Assembly: GCF_006345805.1 (NCBI RefSeq)
Contig: NC_043007.1
Coordinates: 45,694,001 to 45,758,000, forward strand
Direction: 5' to 3'
DNA: 64,000 bases
Source of the DNA: Octopus sinensis
Lineage: Eukaryota
Positions within the stretch are counted from its first letter, which is position 1. The number at the start of each line of letters is the position of its first letter. The notes beneath the pieces are model-generated. The model made no database searches, was not told the origin of the DNA, and saw only the letters and a program-made list of their open reading frames with translations. A program made the position numbers and the translations under genes. Shown piece after piece: positions 52,256 to 64,000 of the stretch.

Positions 52256-53026
52256 TATATCTGTTTATAACGAAGATACAACGGGTAATAACAACATGCC
52301 TGCGAGAACTCAGTATTTTCAGCAGGGCAGCACTTTCTTTATACACGATCCTGGTGCGACCCAGACTGTACTGATTGATGCAACACAATTAAATGCACAA
52401 TATCCCACCCATAAAGGACAGTCGCAGGAGAAGTCAAAGACATCGTCGTACTTAATAAAAAACTAGTGCCAAATCTATCTTCCATTTCCTTCATCAATTA
52501 TTAATATCTGAACTAACATTGCGGAATTCCTGAAGTAGACACAGCGGAAATATACCCCCACCGTGGGTGGAACCAGGTAGCCAAAACCCTGATCTGCTCA
52601 CTAATTGACATATACCCATTCGTCCCCAAAATTACATTTATACATACATATATGAGTGTCTGTGTGTATGTATACACACACATACATATGTATGTATACA
52701 CACACACACATACATGTATCTACATGCATGCATATGTATAGCTACATATATGGGCAAGTGTGCATCTCTGGGTGTTAATTATTGTGTCAATTTATAAAAC
52801 AATTTAACATTGAAGAGAAGAATTACTTAGTTATTTTTGTAGTAGTGTACATATTTACTTTGGCAAGGAAAAAGTTAATAGACGTTTCAACTTTTCGACT
52901 TACATATTCAGATGAAGGCGAGTAAGCTGAAACTTCGATGTCCCTGGTAAGCAGACCTAGTGTAAATATGAGCAGAATATAGGGACATGTATTAAGGAAG
53001 GATACAAAAAGCTGTTAGGTTTATAT

Positions 53027-53240
53027 GGCATATGGCGTAGTGGTTAAGAGCGTGGGCTACTAACCCCAAGGTTGCGAGTTCAATTTCAGGCAGTGCCTTG
53101 AATAATAATAATAATATCAGCAAAAAATACCTTAGGAATGAGAACCCAGGGTTGGGTTCAAAATTCTACCAGGACACCTGATATAGCCGAAATTTTGTGG
53201 TAACAACAAACAAGACGAAGACGCATATCCGTCCAACTTA
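53027..53240 (+). mobile_element. tRNA-headed SINE-like element with possible hammerhead remnant
   Basis: A box TGGCGTAGTGG (53033-53043), B-box-like GAGTTCAATTTC; CAC-CTGA..GCC-GAAA-TTTT-GTG at 53175-53199. Confidence 0.6.
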
Positions 53241-54310
53241 ACTAATATACAGAATTCCTAATTTCTAAAATATAGAATAAAATACGGTAGTATTTTGAGA
53301 TGAGGTGCGATGTTTCCCTTAGTGTTTTAATACCTATTTTCTGGGCACTTTTAGTTTCATCATCTATAAGTGAGGGTAGATAGTGTCTCTCAGCTAGTGT
53401 TTTTCTGAGGTCATGAAGACGGAGGTACAAATCCTTTTCGCTATATTTATAGGAATGTTTCTTTTGATGTGGTTCGAGTGGTATGAACTAAACAGAAGAT
53501 ATTGCTTCGAGTCCATTGGTTCATGATAAATGTCAGTAACAATTTGTTTGTTGACTTTTTTATCATCCAGATATCTTTTCCAGTTCTCTCTTATGTAATG
53601 GTGAAATAGATATTTTTGCAGTGACACTTCATTTAAAGTGAATTCAAAGTATTCCATAATTGGTTTCGAAAGAACAGGTGCTGCTTTCGTTTCCATCGCA
53701 ATTCCACATTTTTTCGATAATAGGTGTCATCAAATAGGAAATAATTGTTCTGAAGTATATATTTTAAAGTTTCAATAATAAAAACCCAGTTTATGTATTC
53801 CGGAAGTATTTCGGGATATTTTTCCAGCCAGAATTTTATTGTTTCTATTTCATAGTCACGTGGGATATGATGTAAATATTAATAACATCGACAGAAACCA
53901 ATAATGTCTCTTCATTAGTTGTTTTTGGTAGGGGTTTAAGCATATCTAGATCGACTCTAATGAAACTCTTGATGTATTTCAGCAAGGGTTTCAGTAGGAT
54001 GTCTAGAAAGTTACTAAGGCGGTGGTTTTCACAGGCTTGGCCAGCAATAATGGGTCTTAACTTTAAATCTTCTGGCGCTAGGATATTTATGCATTTGCCT
54101 GGTGATTATTTGCAGGCTTCGTTAATTATCTTGCTCTTGTGCCTTTTAGGTAGGCTGTAAGAAAGACTACGTTTACAAATAAAGCTTGTAATATAATCTA
54201 TTTCTTTTCCTGTCAGACCTTTTCGATGTACATGAATTAAGGATCCAAGATTTTTCCTTGATTTTTGTTGCTTATAGATTACAAATTTTTCGTAAACGGT
54301 ATCGTTTTAT
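53240..54310 (-). pseudogene. Penelope-like element reverse transcriptase remnant
   Basis: LRPIIAGQACENHRLSNFLDILLKPLLKYIKSFIR; METKAAPV (GTAMG region); TDIYHEPMDSKQYLLFSSYHSNHIKRNIPINIAKRIC. Confidence 0.85.
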
Positions 54311-54611
54311 AGCATGGATATATAGGCTTTTGTAGCATTCTGTGCCTATCTGAATTACAGTACATCCTTTGACTGATACTGTGAATGTCGGTTTTTTGTC
54401 GTTTTACAGTTCAATTAAATTTTTCCATTCTAAATTTTTGAGGTTCGAATATATATATATATATATGATGTGTGTGTGTCTGTCTGTGTTTGTAACCCGG
54501 GGTTCTGGAGTTTACATCCCCTTAAATTAGTGGTGTGACAAAAGTACTAACTTTAGTAAAAGATAAAAAAGTCATTCATACATACATATATATATATGTG
54601 TGTGTGAGTGT

Positions 54612-54652
<41 letters not shown>

Positions 54653-54680
54653 TGTTGCATGTGTGTGTGTTTGTCCAGGA

Positions 54681-55053
54681 TTTCCATTGACAACGCTACA
54701 AAATGCGTTGGACAGACGATTTTGAATTACCTACCCCACGATTCGCTTGCTGCACACATTTTCTTGGACTGTGCTGATACGTTTGCAGCACTCCTTCATG
54801 CTTCGTGGAAGTTGTCGATGTTGGTGGTCTTCTGGAACGCTTCTTGTGGATATTCTGAACAATTCCATCGATTTCAAACATATCTCTAATTCGAGTGGTG
54901 GTAAGTCTCATTGGTGGATCTGTTTGAAATTCCCTCCTAAACTGTCTTTGCACGTCAACTGCATTTTCACACTTCCAGAAGCATTTTAGAATGAATTTCC
55001 TTTGTTCAAAGCTTAGTCTGACAGCCATCATTAATTCCAATGGGCTTCATCTG
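54681..55053 (-). pseudogene. N-terminal fragment of the DD41D transposase (same family as 60173-61423)
   Basis: MAVRLSFEQRKFILKCFWKCENAVDVQRQFRREFQTDPP aligns with 60976-61341. Confidence 0.85.
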
Positions 55054-55651
55054 TTCGAGAGTTTACATCCCCGTAACTTAGTGGTCTGACAAACGTACCA
55101 ACTTTAGTAGAAGATGAAAAAGGCATACATATAAATATGAGTGTGTGTATATGCGTATTCATGTGTGTGTGTGTTTGTCCAGGATTATCCACCATTTTAG
55201 TAAAGTGCATACACCAACGTAACTTCTCATTTCTACTCTGTGAACCTCGAGGTGCCTCAACCATTTTACCAGTCTCAACAATGATAAAAATATCCGTGAT
55301 AATTTTAATCAGCAGCTCTCTAGCAGCCGCATACTACTCCTTCTTTCAGACGTTTATATTCTCAGTTCAGGTAGAAAATTTTCTCTTTTTTAATATGTCT
55401 CTCACAAGCGAAGGACTTTTCTTCAAAGATAAGGCTTTTTTTGTGCACAATTATCTAATTTTACCATAGGCCTAGATAGAAAAATATACACAAACGTGCA
55501 TGCATGCATACAAACATACATCCATGCATAAATACATACATGCACATACATATATACATGCACACGCATATACAGACACACACACATATATATATATATG
55601 TATATATATATGTGTGTATATATATACATATACATATATATACATACGTAC

Positions 55652-55695
<44 letters not shown>

Positions 55696-55761
55696 TACAT
55701 ATATATATATATATACATATATATATATGCATATATATATATATATGTATCTACATACACA

Positions 55762-55827
<66 letters not shown>

Positions 55828-56180
55828 AAGAGAGAATGGAGAATGGAGATTGTCGTGAAGATACTTATACTATAATATATATAAACAGGTGTTGCATTTC
55901 AATTTAAATGAGCCTGCGGATATAATTTGTGCGAGTGTATACAATTATATGTATACACCTACCTATATACATATGTATATCATCTTTGTGCTTGTCAGAC
56001 AGTAGGCTTATCGAACGCTAAATTAGTGTTGTTAAGTAATCACTATTAGTAGAAAGCAATTACTTCAAGCGGAACAAAGTGACTTACATATTAATGGCAC
56101 TTTTACTACTAAATATGGAAATAGATACGCTTTAGAGATAGACACAATCACTCACTTCTAGCCCCATATCTACATTCATG

Positions 56181-56212
<32 letters not shown>

Positions 56213-56230
56213 TATATGCATACATGAATG

Positions 56231-56278
<48 letters not shown>

Positions 56279-56350
56279 TATATATATATATATAATATAT
56301 ATACAATACATATATACATATATACATATATGTATATATATATATATATG

Positions 56351-56437
<87 letters not shown>

Positions 56438-57489
56438 ATATATATATATATATAAGCATATAGAGATATAAGCATGTATAGAGATATGTAGTGAGTTGAA
56501 GAGTGATGTGAAAATCAATAATATATCATAACATGGCCAAAAGTACTGTAACTCTCACCAGTATAGTTAGCTGCGTGCTGTTTAGGTCGAGTGATAATTC
56601 ATTTAGTATAGTACTTACTTGTTCGTGGAAAACTAATATGACAGCTGACACTTAAATACTGAGAGCTTGGCGTTAGCCCTAACCCAGCCTTTTCATTTTA
56701 CCTTCAATAGTCTGTAATCTACGATCTATCACATCATTACAGCCATTCTCCACTAGAGTTTCTCTCCTTGTGTCAAATTATTTGGGAATGCCGTTCCATT
56801 AAAATTGTTTAATAAAGCATTATCAACGTAGCCATCACTTTGTTTTCCACTTTATTTTTGTCAACATTATTGTTCCTTTGAACTGAAGTTGTTTTCATTT
56901 TGGTTCGAATCGTATAACATCCACACACACACACACCTATCCACACTTACAACGACGTATATATAATACGCAACTCCTTTAAATGTACACATTCCAACAC
57001 TCGTACACATATATACAAACTAACCTTACATGATATCTCCAAATATATGTGCGTGTGTTTGTATATATATATATATATATATATAGCTCCACGCGCGCAC
57101 ACACACACACAAATAAACCCACACATACATCCCATACGGCACACAACCATACATACACGCACACAATTATACATACGTATATATACACACACAAGCACGT
57201 ACAAGTACACACGCACACATACACTAACTTAAGCACAGTTACTCGCCTTACACACAAAAAAACGCACACGTACACACTGACACATACTACAACAAAACAC
57301 ACACACGATACATATCCACGCGCACACACATACCTCCCTGTTTCTGACCTGCCTTTCTGACTTGCTAGGGTACCCCCAAATCACTCCTTTAATTCTACTA
57401 CTGCCTGCTACTAGCCATTGTCCACCATACACACACATACACACACACGCACACACACACACACCCTTGTCATCTCGCACACCTTTTTT

Positions 57490-57761
57490 ACCATTCCTTC
57501 TTTGATTCAGCTCTCTTGTTTTTAAAAAGATTTTCCTCCTTTTTTACCACTTCCGTCTTTTTAGTATGTGACCTCGTGAATACTACCTGCAATTTTTTTC
57601 CTCTCTCCTCCCGTCTCGGGATCTTTCTTTCACCTATGTTTCCGACGAAGAGCTCCGCTCGAAACGTCAACCCTCCTTCCCTTCTTTCCTGAGCGTCCAA
57701 TAATACTTTATTTGTTCCACATCCTTTGCGTTGTTGTCTTTTTGTTTTCTTGTTTGGATTA

Positions 57762-57766
<5 letters not shown>
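57490..57766 (+). mobile_element. Short HHR-bearing repeat (homologue of 8113-8312)
   Basis: Aligns with the reverse complement of 8113-8312; both end at AACTT against (AT)n. Confidence 0.7.
57638..57671 (+). ncRNA. Ultra-minimal hammerhead motif, C4 core variant
   Basis: GTTT-CCGACGA-A-GAGC tcc GCTC-GAAA-CG-TC^AAC; stem III is only the ACGT palindrome; stem I is short. Confidence 0.5.
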
Positions 57767-57793
<27 letters not shown>

Positions 57794-57892
57794 AGTAGGT
57801 GAATGAATTATCCTATGTTTATCGTCATCATTTATATATATATATATTTGCTTATATATATTTTTTATATTTATTTATTTATACACACACAC

Positions 57893-58000
<108 letters not shown>

Positions 58001-58254
58001 TGTGTGTATGTGTGTGACTGTGTGTGTGTGTGCGTATTTCTAATTTTACGCGAAGATGATGCAAAACAGTTTAGCCTTATGTATGAATTTATGCAAGCAG
58101 ATGTTCAATATCGCCTGAGCTCAATCCTCATTGATGCAAATCTATGATTCTAAGTTTTCTACTACAATTCTAATTTTCTCTTCAGATGATTGCCTTTAAG
58201 CCTACATTTTTTAACTGGCACTTCTCTGAAAACATAAATATATTTCATGAGGGA

Positions 58255-58460
58255 AAGCGGAGAGCTGGCAGTATCGTTAGTACGTCAGGCAAAATTGGTA
58301 ATGGCATTTTGTCATCTTTACATTCTGAGTTCAAAATTCACCGATGTTGATTTTGCCTTTTACCTTTTTCGGAGTCGATTAAATAAGTGTCAGTTGACCA
58401 CTGAGTTTAGTGAAGTCGACTTACCACTTCGCCCGAACTTGCTGACTTTGTGCTAAAAAT
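58255..58460 (+). mobile_element. SINE copy (GGCGGCGAGCTGG family)
   Basis: GCGGAGAGCTGGCAG..CTGAGTTCAAAATTC.. Confidence 0.75.
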
Positions 58461-58887
58461 TGAAGCCAATATATTATAAGAGGGTGATATGGCTGATATA
58501 TCGAGTAGGTTAATATACCTTCATTGAGGCTGTCATAATGCACAACAAATTATTCAAAAAACCTTAGTAGAACATATTTCTCTGCTAGAATATCAGGTTT
58601 AGATTATTTGTCTTGGCCATGTTCAAGTTGTACCGATTTGCGTGTGTATACAGAGTCGGCTGAAGCTATCTTTAAGAACAATATATTTAGCATAAAGCAT
58701 AAAGTTTCACATGTATTCCCTATTTTAATTGCGTTCAACTGATGATTCATTAAGATAAACAGCACTAAATAAAACATCATCACGAAGACTGTGTTTTGTT
58801 AATCAGAGTCGTTGCTGCTTAAATAACAATGAAACAGACAGGAAACACTGACAGGAATGGGAAGAAGAAAAACGAAAAAAATATCTG

Positions 58888-59073
<186 letters not shown>

Positions 59074-60132
59074 CGATACATGATAAAATAATTGTGTTTT
59101 GAACCTCATTAGGTTACAGCTGTTTCTGCTATTAGACCCAATGCTCTCTTAGTTGAGTTATAACTTTCACTGATAATGCCTTCTCTGTATATTGCACAAA
59201 CGTAATTGTTTTCCCCAGAATAAATTGCACTTCGTATTCGAGGCTCCGATGAAGCTTTAGGATGTTATTCAGGCACTCAACTACGTATCCACTGCATGTC
59301 ATAGCAGAAATATCTGTAAGCTAATAATTATTGTTTTTCCTGTGTCATCTCCTCTTCTTATTACCGCTCTACACTCATCTAACACCTCCTTCTGAAACAT
59401 AGGAATATTGAGTTCTACACTCTTTTAGTAGTCTCGCAATGTCTAATATATATATATCGAGGCAATTATATATTCCTTCTTTGAACTTTGCATTACAATC
59501 TGAATAAGATAAGAAATGTAAGATCTCCTCTACTCTACTCTGAGATGGAGGCTCGTCTCATCCAATGTCAATTGCATACATAAGGCCGCACATGGTGATG
59601 TACCAAATGTACCAACATTATTATGGTTCGCCGAGCCCTCCGAAACAGCTGTTGGACTTATAACTTCTTTCTTCTACTCCTTTAATTTCCTCTATCGTTT
59701 GTACTCTCTGTAGATTGGACTTATTTTTTAAATAAATATCTATATATTCATACATAAAAATTCATCATCCGAAAGTTTTCACCTCTGTCGTTTTGCATGT
59801 ATACATATATACATATTTGGTATTTCATATATTCAATATATTTAACATATATTTGAGGCATCTAATTTGCTTATCTGAATACTTGTCTGTTCACCCGCTC
59901 CACTTGATCCCTCGTTTAGCCTTTCTTTTCTTTGTGAAATGATCCCCTGTAAAGACATCGGATTCTAAGTTTGAATATTTTGAGCACTACTAAGTATCTT
60001 CTACACGGAGGATATTTGGATCATATCTATGATCTCTCTCTCTATCTCTCACTCTCTCTGTGTCTCATTCTCTTTGTCTCTCATTCTCTTTGTCTCTCAC
60101 TCTCTCTGTCTCTCACTCTCTCCCTATATATA

Positions 60133-60172
<40 letters not shown>

Positions 60173-60173
<1 letters not shown>

Positions 60174-61423
60174 GGTGCCCAAAAATGTATACACATTTTT
60201 AAAATTGTAAAGTAGGTGTTTATTAAAATATATTTCATTTTCAAAATCTTCAGATATTATTTTATTGTTTTGTCAACGCCTGTTTTCAAACTTGTCTGTT
60301 CTGTTCCAGGCACTGTTGACAACACGAAGCAATGGAATCGCAAGCATCACGAAACAATTCGTTTGGTATCTGTGTGCATTCCAGTTCAATGGCTGCTCTC
60401 AAATCAGCAATTGTTGCAGGTTTCATAGCGTATACTCTGTCATTTAGGTTTCCCCATAAAAGAAGTCTAGTGGTATGAGGTCTGGTGAACGCGGAGGGTA
60501 TTTAACAAAACCCCTTCGCCCAATCTACCAGTCTGGCAAAATGTCATCAAGGAAGGATCTAATATCGCGATGGTAATGCGGGGGTGCCCTATCTTTCTGA
60601 AAATAAAGCTCATCTTAAAAGTCTTCTCTAATGCTTGGCATGACAGACTGTTGCAGCAAGTTCAAGTAAACAGAACCAGTCACAGTTGCGTCAAAAACGA
60701 ATGGTCCAATTAATTCTCCTGATGATACGCCACACCACACTGTAACTCCTGGTAAATTTACATGGTGATCCACTATAATATGGGGTTTCTCAGGCTTCCA
60801 GTAGGTGCAATTGTGGCGGTTAATTGAACCATTTAGTTTGAATGTAGCTTCATTACTCCACACAATCTTTGTTGGAAAGTGTGCATCTTCTACACCTCGT
60901 GGCAAGCACCACTCGCAATACTGCACTCTTCGGTTCGGATCATCGTCATTCATAGCATGGATTAATCTTGGAACGTCATATTTCCATTGAAAACGCTTCA
61001 AAATGCGTTGGACAGATGATTTTTGAAGTACCTAACTCACAACTCGCTTGCTGCACACATTTGCGTGGACTGTGGTGATATGTTTGCAGCACTCTTTCAT
61101 GCTCTGTGGGAGTTGTCGATGTTCGTGCTCTTCTGGAACGCTTCTTGTGGATATCCTGAACGGTTCCGTCGAATTCAAACATATGTCTAATTCGAGTGGT
61201 GGTAAGTCGCATTGGTGGATCTGTTTGAGACTCCCTCCTCAACTGTCTTTGCATTTCAACTGCGTTTTCACACTTCCAGAAGCATTTTAGAATGAATTCC
61301 CTTTGTCCAAAGCTTTGTCTGACTGCCATCATTAATTCCAATGGGCTTCATCTGGAAAGAAAAAAAAACATCAACTGAGTTATCAGCTGCTAAACTGTGT
61401 ACACATCTTTTTGGGTCACCCTG
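60173..61423 (-). mobile_element. Full-length (~1.25 kb) Tc1/mariner DD41D element with disrupted transposase
   Basis: TIRs AGGTGCCCAAAAATGTATACACA / TGTGTACACATCTTTTTGGGTCACCCTG|TA; WSNEATF, YFQKDRAPPHY, RSPDLIPLDFFLWG with 41 residues between the second and third D. Confidence 0.88.
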
Positions 61424-61450
61424 TATATATACATCAGTATACATGCATAT

Positions 61451-61608
61451 ATCTATCTCTATCTATCCGCTCAGTTGAAGTCGGCTCTCGGTTACTCGTT
61501 GGATCAGTGTCCTCCAGTCAGTTTTATCCTGGGCCGCTTCTTTCAGATTGGCTATGTCCATTCCGGTATCACTCTTGGTTCTTGGTCGGCCTCTTCCTCT
61601 CTTGCCAT
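61451..61608 (-). mobile_element. RTE-like LINE 3' end with (GATA)n tail
   Basis: YGKRGRGRPRT..TGMDIANLKEAAQDKTDWRTLIQRVTESRLQLSG*. Confidence 0.7.
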
Positions 61609-62599
61609 ATATAATAATTCTTAATTATATGTAGATAAGCTGGATAACTTCAAATAGAATGTATGTGTTACTGTTTACGCTATGTTGACCCGATTGGGGC
61701 TTTCTTGGTGTTAGTAAAACGACAACTGCAACAAAGGCAACGACAACAATCAAGATCCACGGCAAAACACACTTGTTAATTTTGTTTTGTTTAGAGTTTT
61801 ATATTCGTTCATTAATTATTCGATCATTAACAGTAATTTGTGAAAAATAATGGGAATTGTATTGGTTAACTGCTTCGTAAAACTTATTGTCCTGATTTTA
61901 TTTTATGTGTATACTGAGGTATTGAAAGGAAATACAATCTTCCCCATACGTAACCACGAATGTCAGTCGATGACAATCTCATGTCAACGTTTTTTGTAAG
62001 AGCACTGCAGCTAGGCATATTGATATCACCACCAGATAGTAGAATTTAACAGTAGTTTAACTGACATAACTCTGTTAAAGGAAAAAGAACAGAAGTAAAT
62101 GTAATGATAGCCTTTCTCTGCGAAATATTGCTCAATCTTATAAGTGTCAGTTTGAAAGCGCGCTTTCAGGTAAAGTGATAGCTTCTACAAAACACATTAG
62201 AAAAAATATTCTTAATTATGACATTAATCTGACATTTGAAGTCACGAAAACAATGACAAAAAATATAGTTAAAATGGGTAGTTTTTCAATAAGGCTATTT
62301 ACAATAAAATAGTATTATAAACACAACACTGTGTCATCGATATTTCTCTTCCGCTTTTCAGATTTATTCTGGACTTAGAACATATCTTATCTATACACCA
62401 TGACATCGTATAAGCTGAAATTGTTTTGTTCAATGTGGATAAATTTTGATCAATATCAGAACTGTCATGATCGGAAAATGCTATAAGCATGGATAAACTT
62501 TGATAGATTTCAGCTAGTATTGATTGATCCAGATAGTTTTTAACTTTAACACACCACCTGGTGAAGTCATCAAACTCTTTGTTTGAGAGATCATTGCTC

Positions 62600-63010
62600 A
62601 GTCGATTAAGGAACAGTTATTGACTGAAATATATGCAGCTGTAGGCAATTTATCGGGATTTTCTTGGAAGATTTTTACAGATATATTTGATAGGCTTAGA
62701 AATGTTTGTTTCCTTGATTTGTTTTGGAAATATTGAATAGAACAGTTCTGATTCAGAATAAAAGATGTGTCATGATGTGGTTGCTATGTATGGAAGGTTC
62801 AGTTTCGGTATTGGGTAGGTGTTACATCTTGATTCATTTCCAAAACTTAATTCTAACCCTAATGGTATATTTTCCATAATGTACAAATAGTGTTGAATTT
62901 TCAAAGAGCTGCGCTGGTTGGAATAGAATCGGAATTTTTTTTATGTAGGTGATCTCAGAATTGAGGGGATCACGTGCCACATATTGTTAATGAGATTCAT
63001 GACGTACAAA
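62600..63010 (-). mobile_element. Possible CR1/L2-like LINE 3' remnant
   Basis: Decayed ELFYSIFPKQIKE..KIPDKLP..NNCSLID resembles the QLFNILPKSLR..PDEP..NSLIDQ end; weak. Confidence 0.35.
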
Positions 63011-64000
63011 AATTCAATATTATTACATAATGTTATTGAGTAGAAGTAACATAGAACAGTAATAAAACTTGGCTGTGAAGGTATTTTGTTCTACAAAAGG
63101 GACTTCGGGTTCGGTGCTATAGTGAGGTTCCTTAGGGAAGTGTCAGTCTTTTACTAAGAACTTTGGTTATATCAGAAGAAACACTTCCGAGTTGCGAGTG
63201 AAACTGTACGGACTCTTGTTACAAATATACACACATGTTTGTGCGTATGTGTGTATTTTATGATTTCCTTATTCATAGCGGCTACAACGTATAACCTCTC
63301 GTTAGAATTCAATGTATTCTTGTCTTAAAGTAAAACAACAGGTAAGAATAGTGCATAATAAGAATTAATGAACACTGAGTGAGATGGGGTTACGAGTTAC
63401 ATAATAACTTTCATTAGCTTAAAGCCCTTTCTACTATTAAAAAAAAACATGTAATCAGATCTGGGTGGGCGGAAGCAGCTCTATGCTAATGAGGCTGATT
63501 AGATAGAAACCCTGTTATTTTGTCATTCATTCATAAAATATATATAATACGGATGTTTGTCTGTATGCGTTTGTATGTGTCTCTGTGTATGTGCGTCACA
63601 TATTTGCATGCTCTTGTATTCATGCAAAAATCTTCAGAATCACTGCTTCAAAAACGATGTTTTTTGTTCTTGGCTCGTAACTCAGCGGTCAGGTAAATAA
63701 ATCAATGCCCAATATAGAACAACAATTGGGAAGGGTACAATTTACTAGTGTCCTTTAAAGAAGTGGCAAAATATAGTGATAACCAAATGACTGAAACAAA
63801 TGAGTACAAAAGTGACAGTATCCATCTGTCAGTCTTTGTATGTATGTGCGTGTCTATATTTCTGTCATACATATAATTATGTATGTATGTATGTATGTAT
63901 GTATGTATGTATATATATCATAACGACCTGGTGGCCATAATCCAAATCTACACAACCAACAATGATGGGGTGAACCGAAAGCAACAACACGCCATGAAGT

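Noticed and set aside
53027-53097. tRNA gene
   Set aside because: A and B boxes are present, but there is no complete cloverleaf or acceptor stem and it continues into a repeat body; called a SINE head instead.
55040-55065. Idea that the DD41D fragment is a spliced retrocopy because it starts at the element's pyrimidine-tract CAG
   Set aside because: The AG is retained and is absent from the paralogous flank unit, so a microhomology junction explains it without splicing.

Overview
Eukaryotic, very AT-rich, microsatellite-saturated genomic DNA, most likely from a coleoid cephalopod (Octopus-like; inferred from the tRNA-derived SINE families and simple-repeat load, not verified). No host protein-coding gene, rRNA, true tRNA gene or CRISPR array could be identified. 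Almost all ORFs in the six-frame track are microsatellite translations or decayed transposon fragments. Mobile DNA: three mariner (DD34D) remnants plus a mariner MITE, one full-length DD41D Tc1/mariner element and a fragment of it, two Helitrons, R4/Dong-type, RTE-like and CR1-like LINE fragments, Penelope-like (PLE) RT and GIY-YIG remnants, and many SINEs. The main unannotated signal, found by reading the sequence, is a dense set of type I hammerhead ribozyme (HHR) motifs in several unrelated short repeat families. (1) A 361-nt structured monomer bounded by two HHRs (8793-9225) recurs circularly permuted, with an inverted arm, at 24797-25345; this is retrozyme/circRNA-like. (2) A 592-nt unit has an HHR with a long stem II (7246-7345, minus). 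(3) A textbook minimal HHR lies at 43088-43132. (4) A ~760-bp palindrome has arms that each carry CCAAT/TATA-like promoter motifs, an HHR and AATAAA (51338-52096). (5) An HHR lies just downstream of a PLE GIY-YIG 3' end (31173-31236). (6) A C-C-G-A-N-G-A core variant recurs across families. Coordinates were counted by hand and may be off by a few bases. No ribozyme activity or database identity has been tested.
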